Below are positions 34,236 through 48,300 of a DNA stretch of 64,000 nt, piece by piece. The stretch is from Podarcis bocagei (taxonomy: Eukaryota), in the NCBI GenBank assembly GCA_964188305.1, contig OZ076892.1; one strand, written 5' to 3'. The translations under genes and the position numbers were made by a program. The notes below the pieces were generated by a model that saw only the letters and a program-made list of their open reading frames with translations, had not been told where the DNA came from and did no database searches. Each line of letters begins with the position of its first letter. Position 1 is the first letter of the stretch.

Positions 34236-37200
34236 TTAAATGAGATTCCCTCCTCCATCCTACTTACAATCTTGCTCAATAAGAACTGTTCTTACAGCAG
34301 AATATCTTCAAGTTTTCTGTTGCTTTTTTCCCCACTGCTGCCACTGCCTATCATAGTCATTTTTACAATCATTTTTTTTTCATTTGCTGTTGGAGACTCA
34401 GTGCTTTGAAAACCCTATTGGCTTCTCTCTTCAAAGATTTAGTGCTATCCTGAAAGGAAACGTGAAACTACCTTGATGCACTAGCATCAGTACAACAGTA
34501 GTTTTAAAATTAAAATTAGATGGACAAGTAATGCTCAGTAGCGTAGTTTGTCATTTGTTTTGTTTACAAAAAAGAGAGGGAGAAGGAGAAATAGTTTTTT
34601 TCTTCTGTCATGTCCTCTTTTTTCCCTTGTTCCCTCATTCATTCCAACTGGCAAGGAAAAAGCTGCAAAGAAGAAAATTCAACCTGTGAAGGTCATTAAA
34701 AGATACTAGCACCTGGCACTGGAAAGCCTCCTGCTTTGGATTTCCACCATGCTCCTGTGCCTTCTTACCCAGAATCCTGAGTGAGCCCCTCCTTTCAGCA
34801 ACTGCTGAAAGCTGATGATGCTCAAGGAGCTCCTCCCCACCAGCGACTGCTGTTTTGAAAGTATCCAGAAAGACCATCACCAAACTCCCAAATAAATCTA
34901 GTCAGAGGGTGCCAGATTCAATTGGAAGTGCCAGAGGGTGAAAGCAGTACTTTTTTAGGCGGAAGCCTCCAGAGGGAACCACCTCTAGAGGGGCTTCAGT
35001 CTAAACCTTGTTCAGCCTCAAGGGTGGTACCTGTCCCCCTTTCATCTTGGAGTGGTTCATTCGAAATGGGTCAGTCCATGTCAAAGTAACAGAGCCATCA
35101 AACTGGCCAAACAGCACAATGTTTTCTCACAGTTCAGCCTATGGAAATGTTAAAAGTTCCAACAGTGAATGCCCCAGTGGTGGCGCTCCTATCAGGCATC
35201 GTATTATCTAAGGACAATGACATGTCTCTTTAGGACATAGTAAAAAGACCAAAGGGGCACTTAATGGGTCCCATGAGGCTTCTGCACTGGTTCTCTAGGC
35301 TGCTTCCACTGGTGTTCCTTTTCCCAGGGCCTCCCTCCCAAGGCTGGAAGAATTAATGCAAAACAAAGAGCTTAATGACAGAACCTTACATAGGCTGCTA
35401 GGAGGAGATCTCTGCTCACGTGGAAATCTTCATCTATATTCACAAGGCACTATGAAGTAGACATCTTCACCTCTTCAAGGAGAGCTTTTGTCAGGAGTGG
35501 GCTTCATCATGTCCTCCCACAGAAATTTCAGCTATAAGCACCGTGATTGGATTTACCCGACAGTTAGGTTAGCTAGGACATTATCACATCAGTAATGGAT
35601 GCTTCTTTTACACCAAATTTTACGTACTCACTGTGGATTTTCTTTTTGGCTTGGAGTGAACAAGGCATCTGCACCACAGCCTGGTGAGTCAGTGCACATT
35701 CATACAAACCATGCAAGATAGGACTTCCTTGAAGACCTTAAAATGCAAGTCCCCTGTCTTTTCTGAAGGGATTAGCCCCTTAGTAATCAGTGCCTCATAC
35801 ACCCCAAACCAGAAAAAACATTCACTATGAGTGCCCAGTGTTCCTTTGCAAACACTAAAATACCATTGCTTACATTTTCCAGAATAACCTGAAAACTGGT
35901 GGCTTCTTTAGCAGGCTTGGGAAGCTCTTCCTTCACGTACTCTTAGTGCTGTGCTTGACATTTCTTGTAAATAATTTTATTAAGGTGAGTAAATTTTTTT
36001 CTATCTTTTTTCCAATATGTATAACAGATTTACAGTGCAATACTATGTTTGTTCGCACATTATATGCATTGGTTTGTAACCTTAAATGGCTTTATGTGCA
36101 AATTCGTAGTGAGTTTGTAAAGAAATTTGGTTTCTTATTTGTCTGTACAACAGACAAATTGAATTTAGCATTCCAAATGTGTTATGCTTTTGCAAATGCT
36201 TTGCCTTTCCCTAACATTGTATAGCTACACTCACAAATGGAATATGTAGCTTTACATTTGGGATGCCTAAATTTACAATGAACTTCAACTACATGCCCAC
36301 ATTCTGCTTTCTTCTTTTCACATCCTTCCTCAGTCAGTTTAAACCAGGGGTGGGATACTGGATCCAGCCAGAGGATGGATCTCGAACTTGCCCCCTCTCT
36401 GCACACCTACCTGTCAGTCACCTGATCTAATATGATGATGGGCTATTTAAATTTCAACTCACAGGAACAATCACAGATTTAAACCACCTAACAAACAATG
36501 TTTAAACCAGCAATGGAGAACCTCTGGCCCACTGATACTACAACACTAAGATTGAAGATGTGTCTCTGCTGCTGCCTTTTTCTATCAGGGATCAAGCAGA
36601 GGTTTATAGCTGATCTCAGTGCTGTGTATTTTCTTAAAGTACAATTTTAAGAAAAACCAAAGGGGGGGGGAGTGGCGCTTGTGAAATGTTGTGATGGGGA
36701 TGGCAGAGTTGTCTTCACAACTAAAAGAAAGTAATAACTTTTATTTTCTCTCTTCACAGAAAGTTCTTAATCTGGAGTCAGATGAGCATATATTTAAATT
36801 TCTGAAGGCAAAGTTTGGATTTGGAGCAACAAGGTATGGTATTGTTCAGAGTTCAAAACAAAATTGTTTTCCTCTAGTTTTTTGGCATGGGAGGGACCCA
36901 AGTTTCTATAGGAGTATGTTTCCCTTTACTAGCCAACCTGTGCCATAAGACCGGCAGTGGAGGCTCTTCAGGTTGTCCCATTGGCAGGGATGGTGAGACA
37001 GAATAGGGTTTTCTCTGTGATGCTGCCCAACGATAGAACACCCCATCCCTAAAGGTTGGTTACCCTCTGTGTTTTTGGACTTCCAGCACAAAATACTTGT
37101 TCAATTTCACTTTTGGTGGTACTGAAACCAGGGTTTCAGAATTTGGGGGGCATTACGTCCACTGCTGTAGTTTAATCTGCATTTATTGCTTTCTTTGAAA

Positions 37201-40200
37201 AACCCAGGGATTTGTTTGAATGAAGGGCAAGTTAGAAATGCAACAAATAGTAATAAGGCAGCATTTGCTCTTGCTTGTAAATTCTGAGTTGTAGTTACTG
37301 ATCTTGCTTGAGCACTTTCTAACATGCAACTTTAGGACTAATTTTGTTAGATTTTTTAAAACACACACATTATGCCAATAACTTTGCAATGTTGACTTGT
37401 CTTCCTTTTCTTTAGAGATTTTGATGCTAACCTGTACCTGTGTGAGGAAGCTTTTGGTCTCTTGCCTTTTAATACTTTCACAAGACTTTCGGGCACTTTA
37501 GTTTTCTATGCCTATATATTTGTGCTCTTGGTGATGACCATAACAGCTGCTGTGGTTGCTTTTCAAAATCTCAGGTATGTCTGTTTCTATATTGCAGGAT
37601 TATGTTTTCAGTGCAGGGGGTCTTTTTCCTTTCTTGTTGATAAGAAGAGGAAGACATGAACAGAGTCATAGTTCAGCATCAGGGCATGCTTGCCTCAGAT
37701 TTGAGCCAATTATCTAAGAGAGAATTGGTTTTCTGAACCCAAGATATATAATTCTGGCAGTGGCAGCCTCAGTTTTTAGAATGATGTTTATATTGGCTAG
37801 TTCACTTGCTAAAGCATGTCACTGTAGCAAGGCTTGGTTACTGATGCATTTCAGGCCAGTAGTCAGCACAGTCCAGAAACCACAACAAATTTAATGTTGC
37901 TCGAGTAGAGTTAATAAAACCTAGTTTCCAGTGAGGCAGTAAACTTGTGTCTTTGCTATACTACGTAAGCCAACAGATGCCCATCACATAAAAAAATATT
38001 CCTCCATACACACACGCACACATCCTTCCAATGAAACATTGCATGTTAAAGAGAACATAGCCTTATACTGAGCTAGACCATTGGTCCATCAAACTCGTTG
38101 TTGCCTCTCCCCTGACTGGCAGCAGCTCTCTGGAATTTATGCTCACAGCAAACAACAACTTTAATTACCAGGCAAAATAGATCATTTTTGCTCTCAACCT
38201 CATAGGCCACTTTTGGATACAGTGGTGCCCTGCAAGACGAATGCCTCGCAAGACGGAAAACTCGCTAGACGAAAGAGTTTTCCGTTTTGGAGGTGCTTCG
38301 CAAAACAAATTTCCTATGGGCTTGCTTCGCAAGACGACAATGTCTTGCGAGTTCCTGCTGGGTTTTTTTCCTCCCCCCCCCCTTTTTCTAAGCCGCTAAG
38401 CTGCTTATCAGCTGATCCGATCAGCAGATAAGCCGCTAATAGCGCTAATCCGCTAATCCGTCAAAACCGCTAGACGAAGAGAATCACAGAACGGATTCTT
38501 TTCGTCTTGCGAGGCACCACTGTATTTTGCAATGGTATGCAGAATTGTTGGTCATTTTCTATGGATTTATTCATTTGACTTTTGTTACAAAAGTGATTCA
38601 CTTGGGCAGGGGGAAATCTACNNNNNNNNNNNNNNNNNNNNNNNNNNNNNNNNNNNNNNNNNNNNNNNNNNNNNNNNNNNNNNNNNNNNNNNNNNNNNNN
38701 NNNNNNNNNNNNNNNNNNNNNNNNNNNNNNNNNNNNNNNNNNNNNNNNNNNNNNNNNNNNNNCTCTGTAGAACTGGATTCTCATCTGGGAAACTTTTGTC
38801 AGCTTTATCCCAACACTTGCTAATTCCTAGTAGCAGCTGAGACCAGTATTTTCTGTAAAACCAGGGGAGTACTCCTAACTGCAGATTTGGTATTAGCTGT
38901 CAACCGTCTGTTTCCACACACCCCTCCCTGAACATTTATGTTTCATTTGTAGTATTATGATGTGCAAATAAAATTATTTGTTTTTCATATTTATTTCACT
39001 CATGTTCCACCGTTTGCCAGTCCAGCTTGAAAGCAGAAAATCTTGCACAGGGGAATATTTAAAGCACTCGGCAAGCATGAAAAATCTCTTAGTATTGCCT
39101 TAGAATGTTTTATTTTCCCTGGAACCAGGAGGTTCCTTTGAACTGCATACAAATGTCCTGTTTTAAAATAACGTATTGCTAATGTAGCTGTGCTCCTTTT
39201 CTTTTGTTTCCCTCTCACTCAGTGGCTCTGTGAACAACAAACCTGCGGATAAACTGCAAAAGTGCATAACTCTGCTGAAACCAGGTGTTGCTTACAATTT
39301 AGTGCACACCATTCTGTTTGGATTGCTGGCTTTGAGCACAATGAGGTACCCTATCTGACACATCATACATATTGGGCACTGGATATTACATGTGGAGTAT
39401 AAAGTAGCATATAAAATAGACTATAAATTCCTATTCGGTCTGTTTACCTTACTTTCCCCCCATAACATATGTCCCAGTTATGAAATAAAATTGTCCTATG
39501 GAAACTCCACTCAAACTAGGATACAGAGGGATTTTACTTCCAGCTGTATTTGATAAGCTTCCAGAACAGATTTTCAAAAAAAATATCTTCGTAGGTGCTT
39601 TTAGATACTGAATATTCTGGAAGTAAAATAAAGTTTTTTTAAAAAGTATGTATGCTATTACAGATTACATTATCTATATACTATTACTGTTCAACTTGCC
39701 TCCACATACTGCATTTTCTTTCTTTCTTTTCATCTTGCAGGATGAAATATCTTTGGACTTCCCACATATGTGTGTTTGCAGCTTCTGGTCTGTGCAGTAG
39801 TGACCTGTGGGGGCTGATCTTGAGATTTGTCCATCTTTACACACCACAAAGGGTTAGTTAGAGCTGTTATGTACTATTGCTTTGCTTGTTTTCATTGATG
39901 TGTGAAAAATCCAGTTCTTTAAGGGGTAGCCTGAGGTGAACCACCACACGCTCAAAACAGATTTGCAGTACGCTGGAGGGAAAGTGTTTAGATTTATATA
40001 CGGTTTAATCTGGAATTCAGGGTGCATTTTGGGAGTGTAACTTATTAAAGGAATTCTATTTAAGTCCACTAGATGGTGATGTTGCAGAAGCTATGGAATG
40101 CATTTTTTAAAAAAATAACACTTTTCATGAAAAATCAAAGTGACAACAGTATATAATTTTTCACATATAGCCCAATACAATATTTTGTGCTTCACCAGAA

Positions 40201-43200
40201 GCTAAATTAATACACGGTATTTTGTTAAAGTTCTTAATGGAATCACTTTTAGAGACGGAAATTGCTAACACAAAGAGGCTCTATGACCTAAAAATGCAAT
40301 TTGTGAAGCAGCTCCTGTTGTCTCTGTTCTCAGAATTTGTTGATCATTCATTGATGGTGTTTTATTTAAGTAAATGTAATTGTTGTTGTTTTCTGCCTAG
40401 GTATCTGTGATTAGATATCTGACACCAGTACTCATATTACTGTATCTTTGTTACAAGGTAGGGCTCTTTGTTAGTCTATATCTTTCTTTTAAGAAAAATT
40501 ACTTTTAGAAAATAAGGAAAAATTCTCAGCCACTAAGGGCCATTTCTCCCTATTACATTTGTCCATGAGAGATATACTGCCATGCGGAGAAAGGTCACAG
40601 TCAACCAATGGTATGCACAGAAGTAGACTCCGTGATCATGGAGACGGCTTTTGCCAGAGACGGCTGTCAGATTCCCTTGTGTACCACACCCTGCTCACAT
40701 TAACTTTCCTTCACACTGTCAAGTACAGGCTAGTTTCCCACAGGCATCTGGTTGGCCACTGTGAGAACAGGATGCTGGACTAGGTGGACCATTGGCCTGA
40801 TCCAGCAGGCTATTCTTACGTTCTTACCTATGTACATGAGAAAATCATTTATGTGAATTATGTCACACTAGGAATATTTTCCACTCATCTCATATATCAG
40901 GAAATCAAACCACCCGCCAGCTCCCTGATTTCTATGCTGCGATTTTTTAAAATATATGAAGTCACACTTCCTTATACAATAATTTCTGTCAATGAAGACA
41001 TAACCTGAAAAAGAGCTGTGAAAATAATAGTATTCATAACCAACCTGACTCTTTAGCTGAATGGCATTTTCTTTACGCCTGTGGAAGGAGACCTGTGATA
41101 ATATATTCTGTATCAATACAAGTTGGTCCAGTTAAACCCTGTTACCTCTTTTGAACAGTACGTTTTTGCAGATCTGGCATTTACAAGTTACACTTTCATA
41201 AAAGTGAAACTGAAAACCACATTCTGTTGACATCATAAAATGGGGCACCTTTATGAGCTTTACCTGGGCCCAGAGAATGGTCCCAAGGACCTGCACTCTG
41301 GCTTGCTGTGAAGAACCATCAGATTGCCAGGTACCATGGATAGGGCCTTTTCGGTGGTGGACCCACATCTTTGCAAGTTCCCTCCCACACAAGGTTCATT
41401 TAGAGTGGACCCTCATTGGTGGCTTTTAAGTACCACTTTTTAAAAACTCAGCCTTCTATCCTTATTTGACGTTGTTTCAGTTGCTCCTGTTTTAGTTGTT
41501 TGATATGTTGTATTTATTAATTGCTGTAAGCCACCTTGTGAAGGTTTTGCCCTAAAGACAACTTCTCCAGTCAGACTGCTCCCTCTCCTAACTCCAGGCC
41601 ACCTTTACATTTTATATCATTTATTAGTTTTAGTATTTTAAAATGGTAAATCTCCTTGTGTGCTTTGGTGNNNNNNNNNNNNNNNNNNNNNNNNNNNNNN
41701 NNNNNNNNNNNNNNNNNNNNNNNNNNNNNNNNNNNNNNNNNNNNNNNNNNNNNNNNNNNNNNNNNNNNNNNNNNNNNNNNNNNNNNNNNNNNNNNNNNNN
41801 NNNNNNNNNNNNNNNNNNNNNNNAAATAGATCTCATTGCTATCATTGGATAAATATTTACACGGATAATTAAACATATACGGTAACTTACATTCTGCAAG
41901 AATCACTTTGTTTTCTGAACCTGTAGGTTTTTGCAATCCTCAGTTGAAAGGCTCATTGCAAATATACTCTGTTTGCTACGTATGAGCCATTTTTAAAGTA
42001 AGAAATATTCACTGTAGTACTCTTTACTGATTGGTGTTTTACTTCACTACACTTTTAAAAATAGAAACTGCTGCAAGATGTGTCTTTTTTATTTTTAGCT
42101 ATCGCTTGAAAGCAAATGGTGGCAGATACCAACTTTTATGCATAGATCTCTAAAGATTATGTCATGCAGCACCAGGCTTCATACTGGCTGATGAGTGCAA
42201 AGGTTGCCCTCTCTCTTCTCAGTAAGCAGACCAACTAGTGCTGTCAGCTCCGACAGCCTTAATCAGCTCTGCTGGGGGAGACAGAAGGGTATGCCTCAAT
42301 TTAGTCCTACCCAGACCCCTTCCAACTGGTGATCAAATCTGACCAGCTCAGTCATCCTTTTATGCACATCAAAGCAACGTGCGCAGAACCTGGGGCACTG
42401 GGTGCCCTTTCTGTCACCTGCCTGTGGGTTCCCCTCTGCATCACCTTCCCATGGAGGCAGAGGCAGAAGACCGCTCAAATCATCAAAACCTCTCTCTACA
42501 CTCCCTGAATCCCTTCCAGTTTTTGCACAAGCAGTTCCAGTTAGTTATGTCCTGAAACTTTTTGTAAGTAGCATCTCGTTTTCAGTAACTAGGTTGAACT
42601 ATCTTCTGTGGATACATTTTTTTCCCAAGCAAAATATGCATTAGCTTCCCTCCTCCCAAACGTGTGGTGGTTTTGGGGGGAGATTATAACCTAATCTCGA
42701 ATAAGCTAATGAAAGCTTCTTTAGAGACATGTGGTTGCTGTAAGTCCAGATACATTGCTTGAAATATTTATTTGTTCAACTTCAACTGTGGCTGTTTGTT
42801 TAACCCTTTCCCTGCTCCCTGTTTTCCTGCTCCCATACAAACACACATTCCAACCATCTCCTTTTCTCTATGTGACATTCTGGACATGCTTTTGCCCTTG
42901 CAAACACACATCTGGAACCTCACGGGGAGAAACATGGCTTCTGGGGGTGAAAAGCGACGGGCAAGGAAGTGGGTGAAACATCCCCCACTGACCTCCCTCT
43001 TGTCACCATGCTTTCTGTAAACAAAGCAGCCAGTGAGGAGGGGGAAGGTTTCAAAATTAGTTCATTTTTTGGGGTGGGAGGAGAGGTTGTCCTGTCACTT
43101 GCTCTGATGGAAAATCACTTTTCCTTCAAGTGGCTGGCGATTTGTGAGATCTGTTTTTGGACACAATGAACAGAACATCATCTTCACCTGCAGTACATCT

Positions 43201-45336
43201 TGCTGCAGCCTCCCAGCTTACTGTTCTATGTGTAGGCCTGCTTTAGTCCATACCGTTCCCATTTGTAATGTTTTAAAACACAAGGCAGCTGCTGATGAGC
43301 AGAGCAAAAAACCTACTTCTTCCTATGACTGGGACATCAGTCAGGTTTTCCCACTCATTCTCTAAAAGCAGCCATTTCTAACTGCTACAGAATTGAGCTC
43401 CATCCCAGTATTGGACATGTGGATTATTCTCTGTACTCCCCCCACCTCCCGTGTGGTTTTTCTTCTAGTTCTGGCCTGGTGTGATGGCTGAGCTGTCGGA
43501 GCTGAGGGAATTCTATGACCCAGACACAGTGGAGCTGATGAACTGGATTAAGTAAGAGGATTTTTACTTTATTTAAATTAGACGCTCTTTAGAGTTAGCT
43601 GATGTTCTTAGTGTTGCTGCTCTCTGGTTCCATCGGTGACCTATATTGACCAATTCCAGAAATCAGGCAACGTAACACGGAGAAGCTTTTGGTCTGTGGT
43701 TAGTGATTTTGTTGCAATCGCTGTGCACAATTCCTCTTGACTGCAGCAACTTCTTACAGTTTTTGGCTAGAAGGTTGGTGGCCAGCTTCATCATCATGGG
43801 CGGCTGGAATCTCCCAGGCAAGGTGCTTGGAGGCTTGAACCTACACACTCCACCGCATGGTAGCAGCTGTCTCAAGAACCTTCCCAGATGGGTCAAGCCC
43901 TGCTCATGTCTTGCCCGCCACAACTAAACAACATGGTAGGCACCACTTCCAGTACAAAGAAAACATATTACAGAGGATTTTCACAGGTGCTTAAGTGATG
44001 TGTCCTCATTTTCTGAAATGAGGCCTCTGGCCACTGTGTGCTGGGAGGAAGTACCTAACATGTTACTCAGCTTGGGTGGGCTGGGGAGCTGTACCCATTC
44101 CAGCAAGGCTTCCTGGAGTTGATGCCATTATGGAGCATCAGAAGGGGGGGGGAGGCTTCAGCCCACCTGCACCTTGGCTTGGAGCATCCAGTCCTTCCCC
44201 CACCCCAACTGCTGTTAGAAATGGGCCCCAACCTGGCACCAGAGAGAGGCATTTGGAGACCACAAGACATGACTGGATGTGACCTGTGGGTCCCCTGTTT
44301 CATTTATCCTTGACCTGTAGTTTCTGCTATAAAAAGTGGTGCTGTGGGGGTGGAAGACTTCGTCAGTTAGCGGAATATGTTTGCCTCTTGCAGCACTGCA
44401 TTGCTGCTTCTTTTTTTACCTTTTTTACCTCTTTTTTTGGGTAGGGTTAACAGACAGTGTAATTATTCATGAGTAAATAGGTAATATAAATCTTCACCAC
44501 CATTGTGAATGCAGACCAAAGTCATCTCCATCCCTTTGCTACCATATTGACATGTTCTCATGACTAATGTTCACCAGCCAGGGGTCTTTAGTACCACTTC
44601 TGTATTAAGAGATGCTAAATGTTTGATAGCCCTGGTCTCTGGAGTACAATATGCAGTGTTTTATATATAGATTTATACATAAAATATACATGGGGCTTTG
44701 GTTTCAGCCACAAACTGGATTTGACTGGTTGCAATGAGAGCAATTTTTCACACAAGCCCAGAGCAGAGAATACTAAACTGCTGCTTATCCTCTTTTCCTT
44801 TTAAATCATGACAGACACTTTTTTTGTTGTTTGCTACTTGGAATTTATTGTGTCAAAGAGCGAATGTTATGCACGTAAGGAGAAGTTAATTACTTTTGCA
44901 TTAACAGCAGTCGACAACCAATTTATGCCTTGCACCTGAAACTGGGACTGATATGTTCTTGCCTTGTAAGCTCCTGGTGTCAGAAATCATTCAGTCATTA
45001 TTCATTTGGCCCCTTTAAAAGTTCAGCTGAACTTCATCTCATTCAGGGTTTTCTGCATAGGATAACTTTTTTTGTTTTGTTTTGGCTTGCAGTTTTCTAC
45101 CTCAGAAAGGTTTTGAAAGCCAAATTTATTATTACGGACCATCAGGCTTTCTTAAGAAGGTGTTTATCTGAAAGGGGGCGCACTATTCTGCATACAGTGA
45201 ATTGTGCTGCATGTTGTACATCATGTTGTTTTATTCCCATTCTTGTATAATAGTGGACTGGAGCCTAAGGGCCCTTTACCACCTTGCTTCCATATTCCTA
45301 TCTCCTTTACCTCCCAGTTCATGTTGTAACTTTCAG

Positions 45337-45393
<57 letters not shown>

Positions 45394-48300
45394 AATCTAA
45401 TATGGAGGTTTTGCACAACACTGCTCTTGCACAAAACCTCTGCATTAAAAACTTAAATAAAACAATTAAAAGATTGATTTATGATCTGCAAATGTGCCTT
45501 CATTCCCAATTAATGTTTGGCTGTGGATTACTGTTTGTATTTTTAAATTATTGTTTTTATACAGAGGTTTTGTGCAAGAGCAGTCTTGCCAAACCTTCAT
45601 ATTAAAAAACAAAAAACCCAAATAAGAGGTTGATTTATGTTCTGCAAACGTGCCCCCAGCGTGCAACAATTGGAAATAAGCATCATTTTGTCCAATGAAG
45701 GAACAAATGCCTTCTGTACCTGCTGGTTCTTCCTGAGGGGACAGTTTTATTTTTAATACAACTGTTTTGTGCAAGAGCAATTTTGCACAAAATAGCTGCT
45801 TTTTAAAAAAAGGGAAATATAGCACAAAGGTGCCTTCAGCATCAACCAGAAGAAGCAGGTGTATCCTGCATCCTTTCGTTTGGGCTAATGGAACTAAAAT
45901 GGATAGGTTGTGCTGAAATTGATGGATGGCCATCCTGACTCGGCCCCAGACACACTGATCAGATGTTTGGAAGCTGTGGCTGGATGGTTACGTGGGAGCC
46001 AGTTGAAGTTAAATCCTTTGAAGACAGAGGTACTTTGGCTGGGTTGGGACGATATGGGATTGGGGGGGGGCAACTCCCATCTCTTGAGGGGGCGCAGTTA
46101 GTGCCGGCACCGTCCGTTAAGAGTTTAGGTGTAATCTTCGACACCTTTCCATGGAGGCGCAGATTGCAGCTATAACAAAGGCGGCATTTTTTCATCTCCG
46201 CCAAGCTAAGCAGTTGGCTCCTTACCTCTCTCGCCCTGACCTAGCCACTGTGGTCCACGCGACAGTCACCTCCAGACTGGATTATTGTAACTCGCTCTAC
46301 GTGGGGCTGCCCTTGAGACTGACCCAGAAACTCTAGCGGGTGCAGAATGCCATGGTGAGATTCCTTACGGGGTCCTCGTTGCGAGAGCACATTCACCCAG
46401 TGCTATACCAGCTGCACTGGCTCCCGGTGGAGTACAGGATCAGGTTTAAGGTGCTGGTTTTAACCTTTAAAGCCCTATACGGCCTAGGACCCTCGTACCT
46501 ACGGGACCGCCTCTCCTGGTATGTCCCACGGAGGACCTTACGGTCTTCAAACAAAAACATCTTGGAGGTCCCGGGCCACAGAGAGGTTAGGCTGGCCTCA
46601 ACTAGAGCCAGGGCTTTTTCGGCTGTGGCTCCAATCTGGTGGAACGCTCTGTCACAAGGGACTAGGGCCCTGTGGGACTTGACATCTTTCCGCAGGGCCT
46701 GCAAGACAGGGCTGTTCCACCAGGCCTTTGGCCAAGGCACAGCCTGACTCCCTCCTTTGGCAATCTTCACAGAACTCTAGCCCAATGGTTGCCATCAATT
46801 TGATTTGAATTAATTTTAGAATGAAATGATTTTAGAATGTTGTATTATTTTATTGTTGTTAGCCGCCCTGAGCCTGGCTTTGGCTGGGGAGGGCGGGATA
46901 TAAATAAAATGTATTATTATTATTATTTATTATTATTGAAATGAGGAACAAAGTAGGGGTGTGTGGCAGTGGGCAGCACTCAGTCAAACCTCTAACCCCC
47001 ATAAAAATTGGCTTTTCTAAAAAGTGCTTCCTGGTACAGTGGTACCTCAGGTTAAGTACTTAATTCGTTCCGGAGGTTCGTTCTTAACCTGAAACAGTTC
47101 TTAACTTGAAGCACCACTTTAGCTAATGGGGCCTCCCGCTGCCGCCGCACCACCAGAGCACCATTTCTGTTCTCATCCTGAAGCAAAGTTCTTAACCCGA
47201 GGTACTGTTTCTGGGTTAGCGGAGTCTGTAACCTGAAGCATATGTAACCCAAAGTACCACTGTATCTTCCTTTTCTTTGTTACTTTACTCCTTGAAGCTG
47301 CATCAGCGGCCATCCTAATTCTCTAGAAGTCTCAAAGTTCTGACATTTCTAATATTGCATTTAGAAGTGTCTTGTAGATACATTATTTGCAGCACTAAGC
47401 TCTAAAGTGGAGGAGCTCAAAATGTGAATAAAATGTTCATAATTTATCTCTTCTGATTTGACCATCAAATAAATCTTCCTCTTTAAGCATGACTTTTTGC
47501 TTTGAATTTTCCTAGAATCTTAAGCAGGGTTCTTTCCACCCACCTTCCTCCAAAATTGTACATGGAGCCCTGTAATTCCCATTAAAGCTTTCTGTTGTAA
47601 ATGAGTTATTTTGTAGTAATCCTATAATTCTTAAAAGTGTAGATAAAGCAGAGGTTCCCATTTTGTATTATAGTGCTCAGTTTACCCCATTAGTTCAGCA
47701 GTAATTAACTTGTTGAAGCTTAGAGCTTCAAAAATAAATGAGATTATTTGTTCAAAATGCCATCAGGTCCGCTTGGAATGACATTTAAATTACATAATGT
47801 AAATCAGTTTGACCTGTAAGTCCTTGTCATTATTTAGTGACATTTCTTGCAGAATAAATTGTTTGCAGGTTGGGCAGCCTGGTTATGGAGCTTGGCAGAA
47901 ACCTATAAAAACAAATTATCCTTTCATTTTATACATCATTTGTTCAGACATTTGTAAAAATTGCTTCGTTTTTCCATAATGGAAAAGTGTCATTTGGGCC
48001 TTTGAAGACATTAGCTGTGTAAGATTCAGGCTGAGCTTTTTAGCAGCTGCATTGGGCAATAAGGATTAGAGCGGAGGAATTTGGTGTTCCTCTTTGCAAT
48101 GTGCCTAAGACCATGCTGGCTAATTGTCCCCCTCTTGTGGTCATTCCCTGGGAGAATTACTCTACATTTCTGCCACTTATTTGTAGTAAATGCAACCATT
48201 AAAGAGATTCAAGGGAAGAAGCACAGGTGAATCCTGACTCCTCTTTTCTTCCTTTTACTGAAGCACCCCAGTTGATTTTGTAGACCTCATCTCATTTTCA

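Noticed and set aside
38470-41936. ORFs containing long X runs
   Set aside because: Artefacts of N gaps; the DPY19L3 reading frame is complete without any gap sequence.
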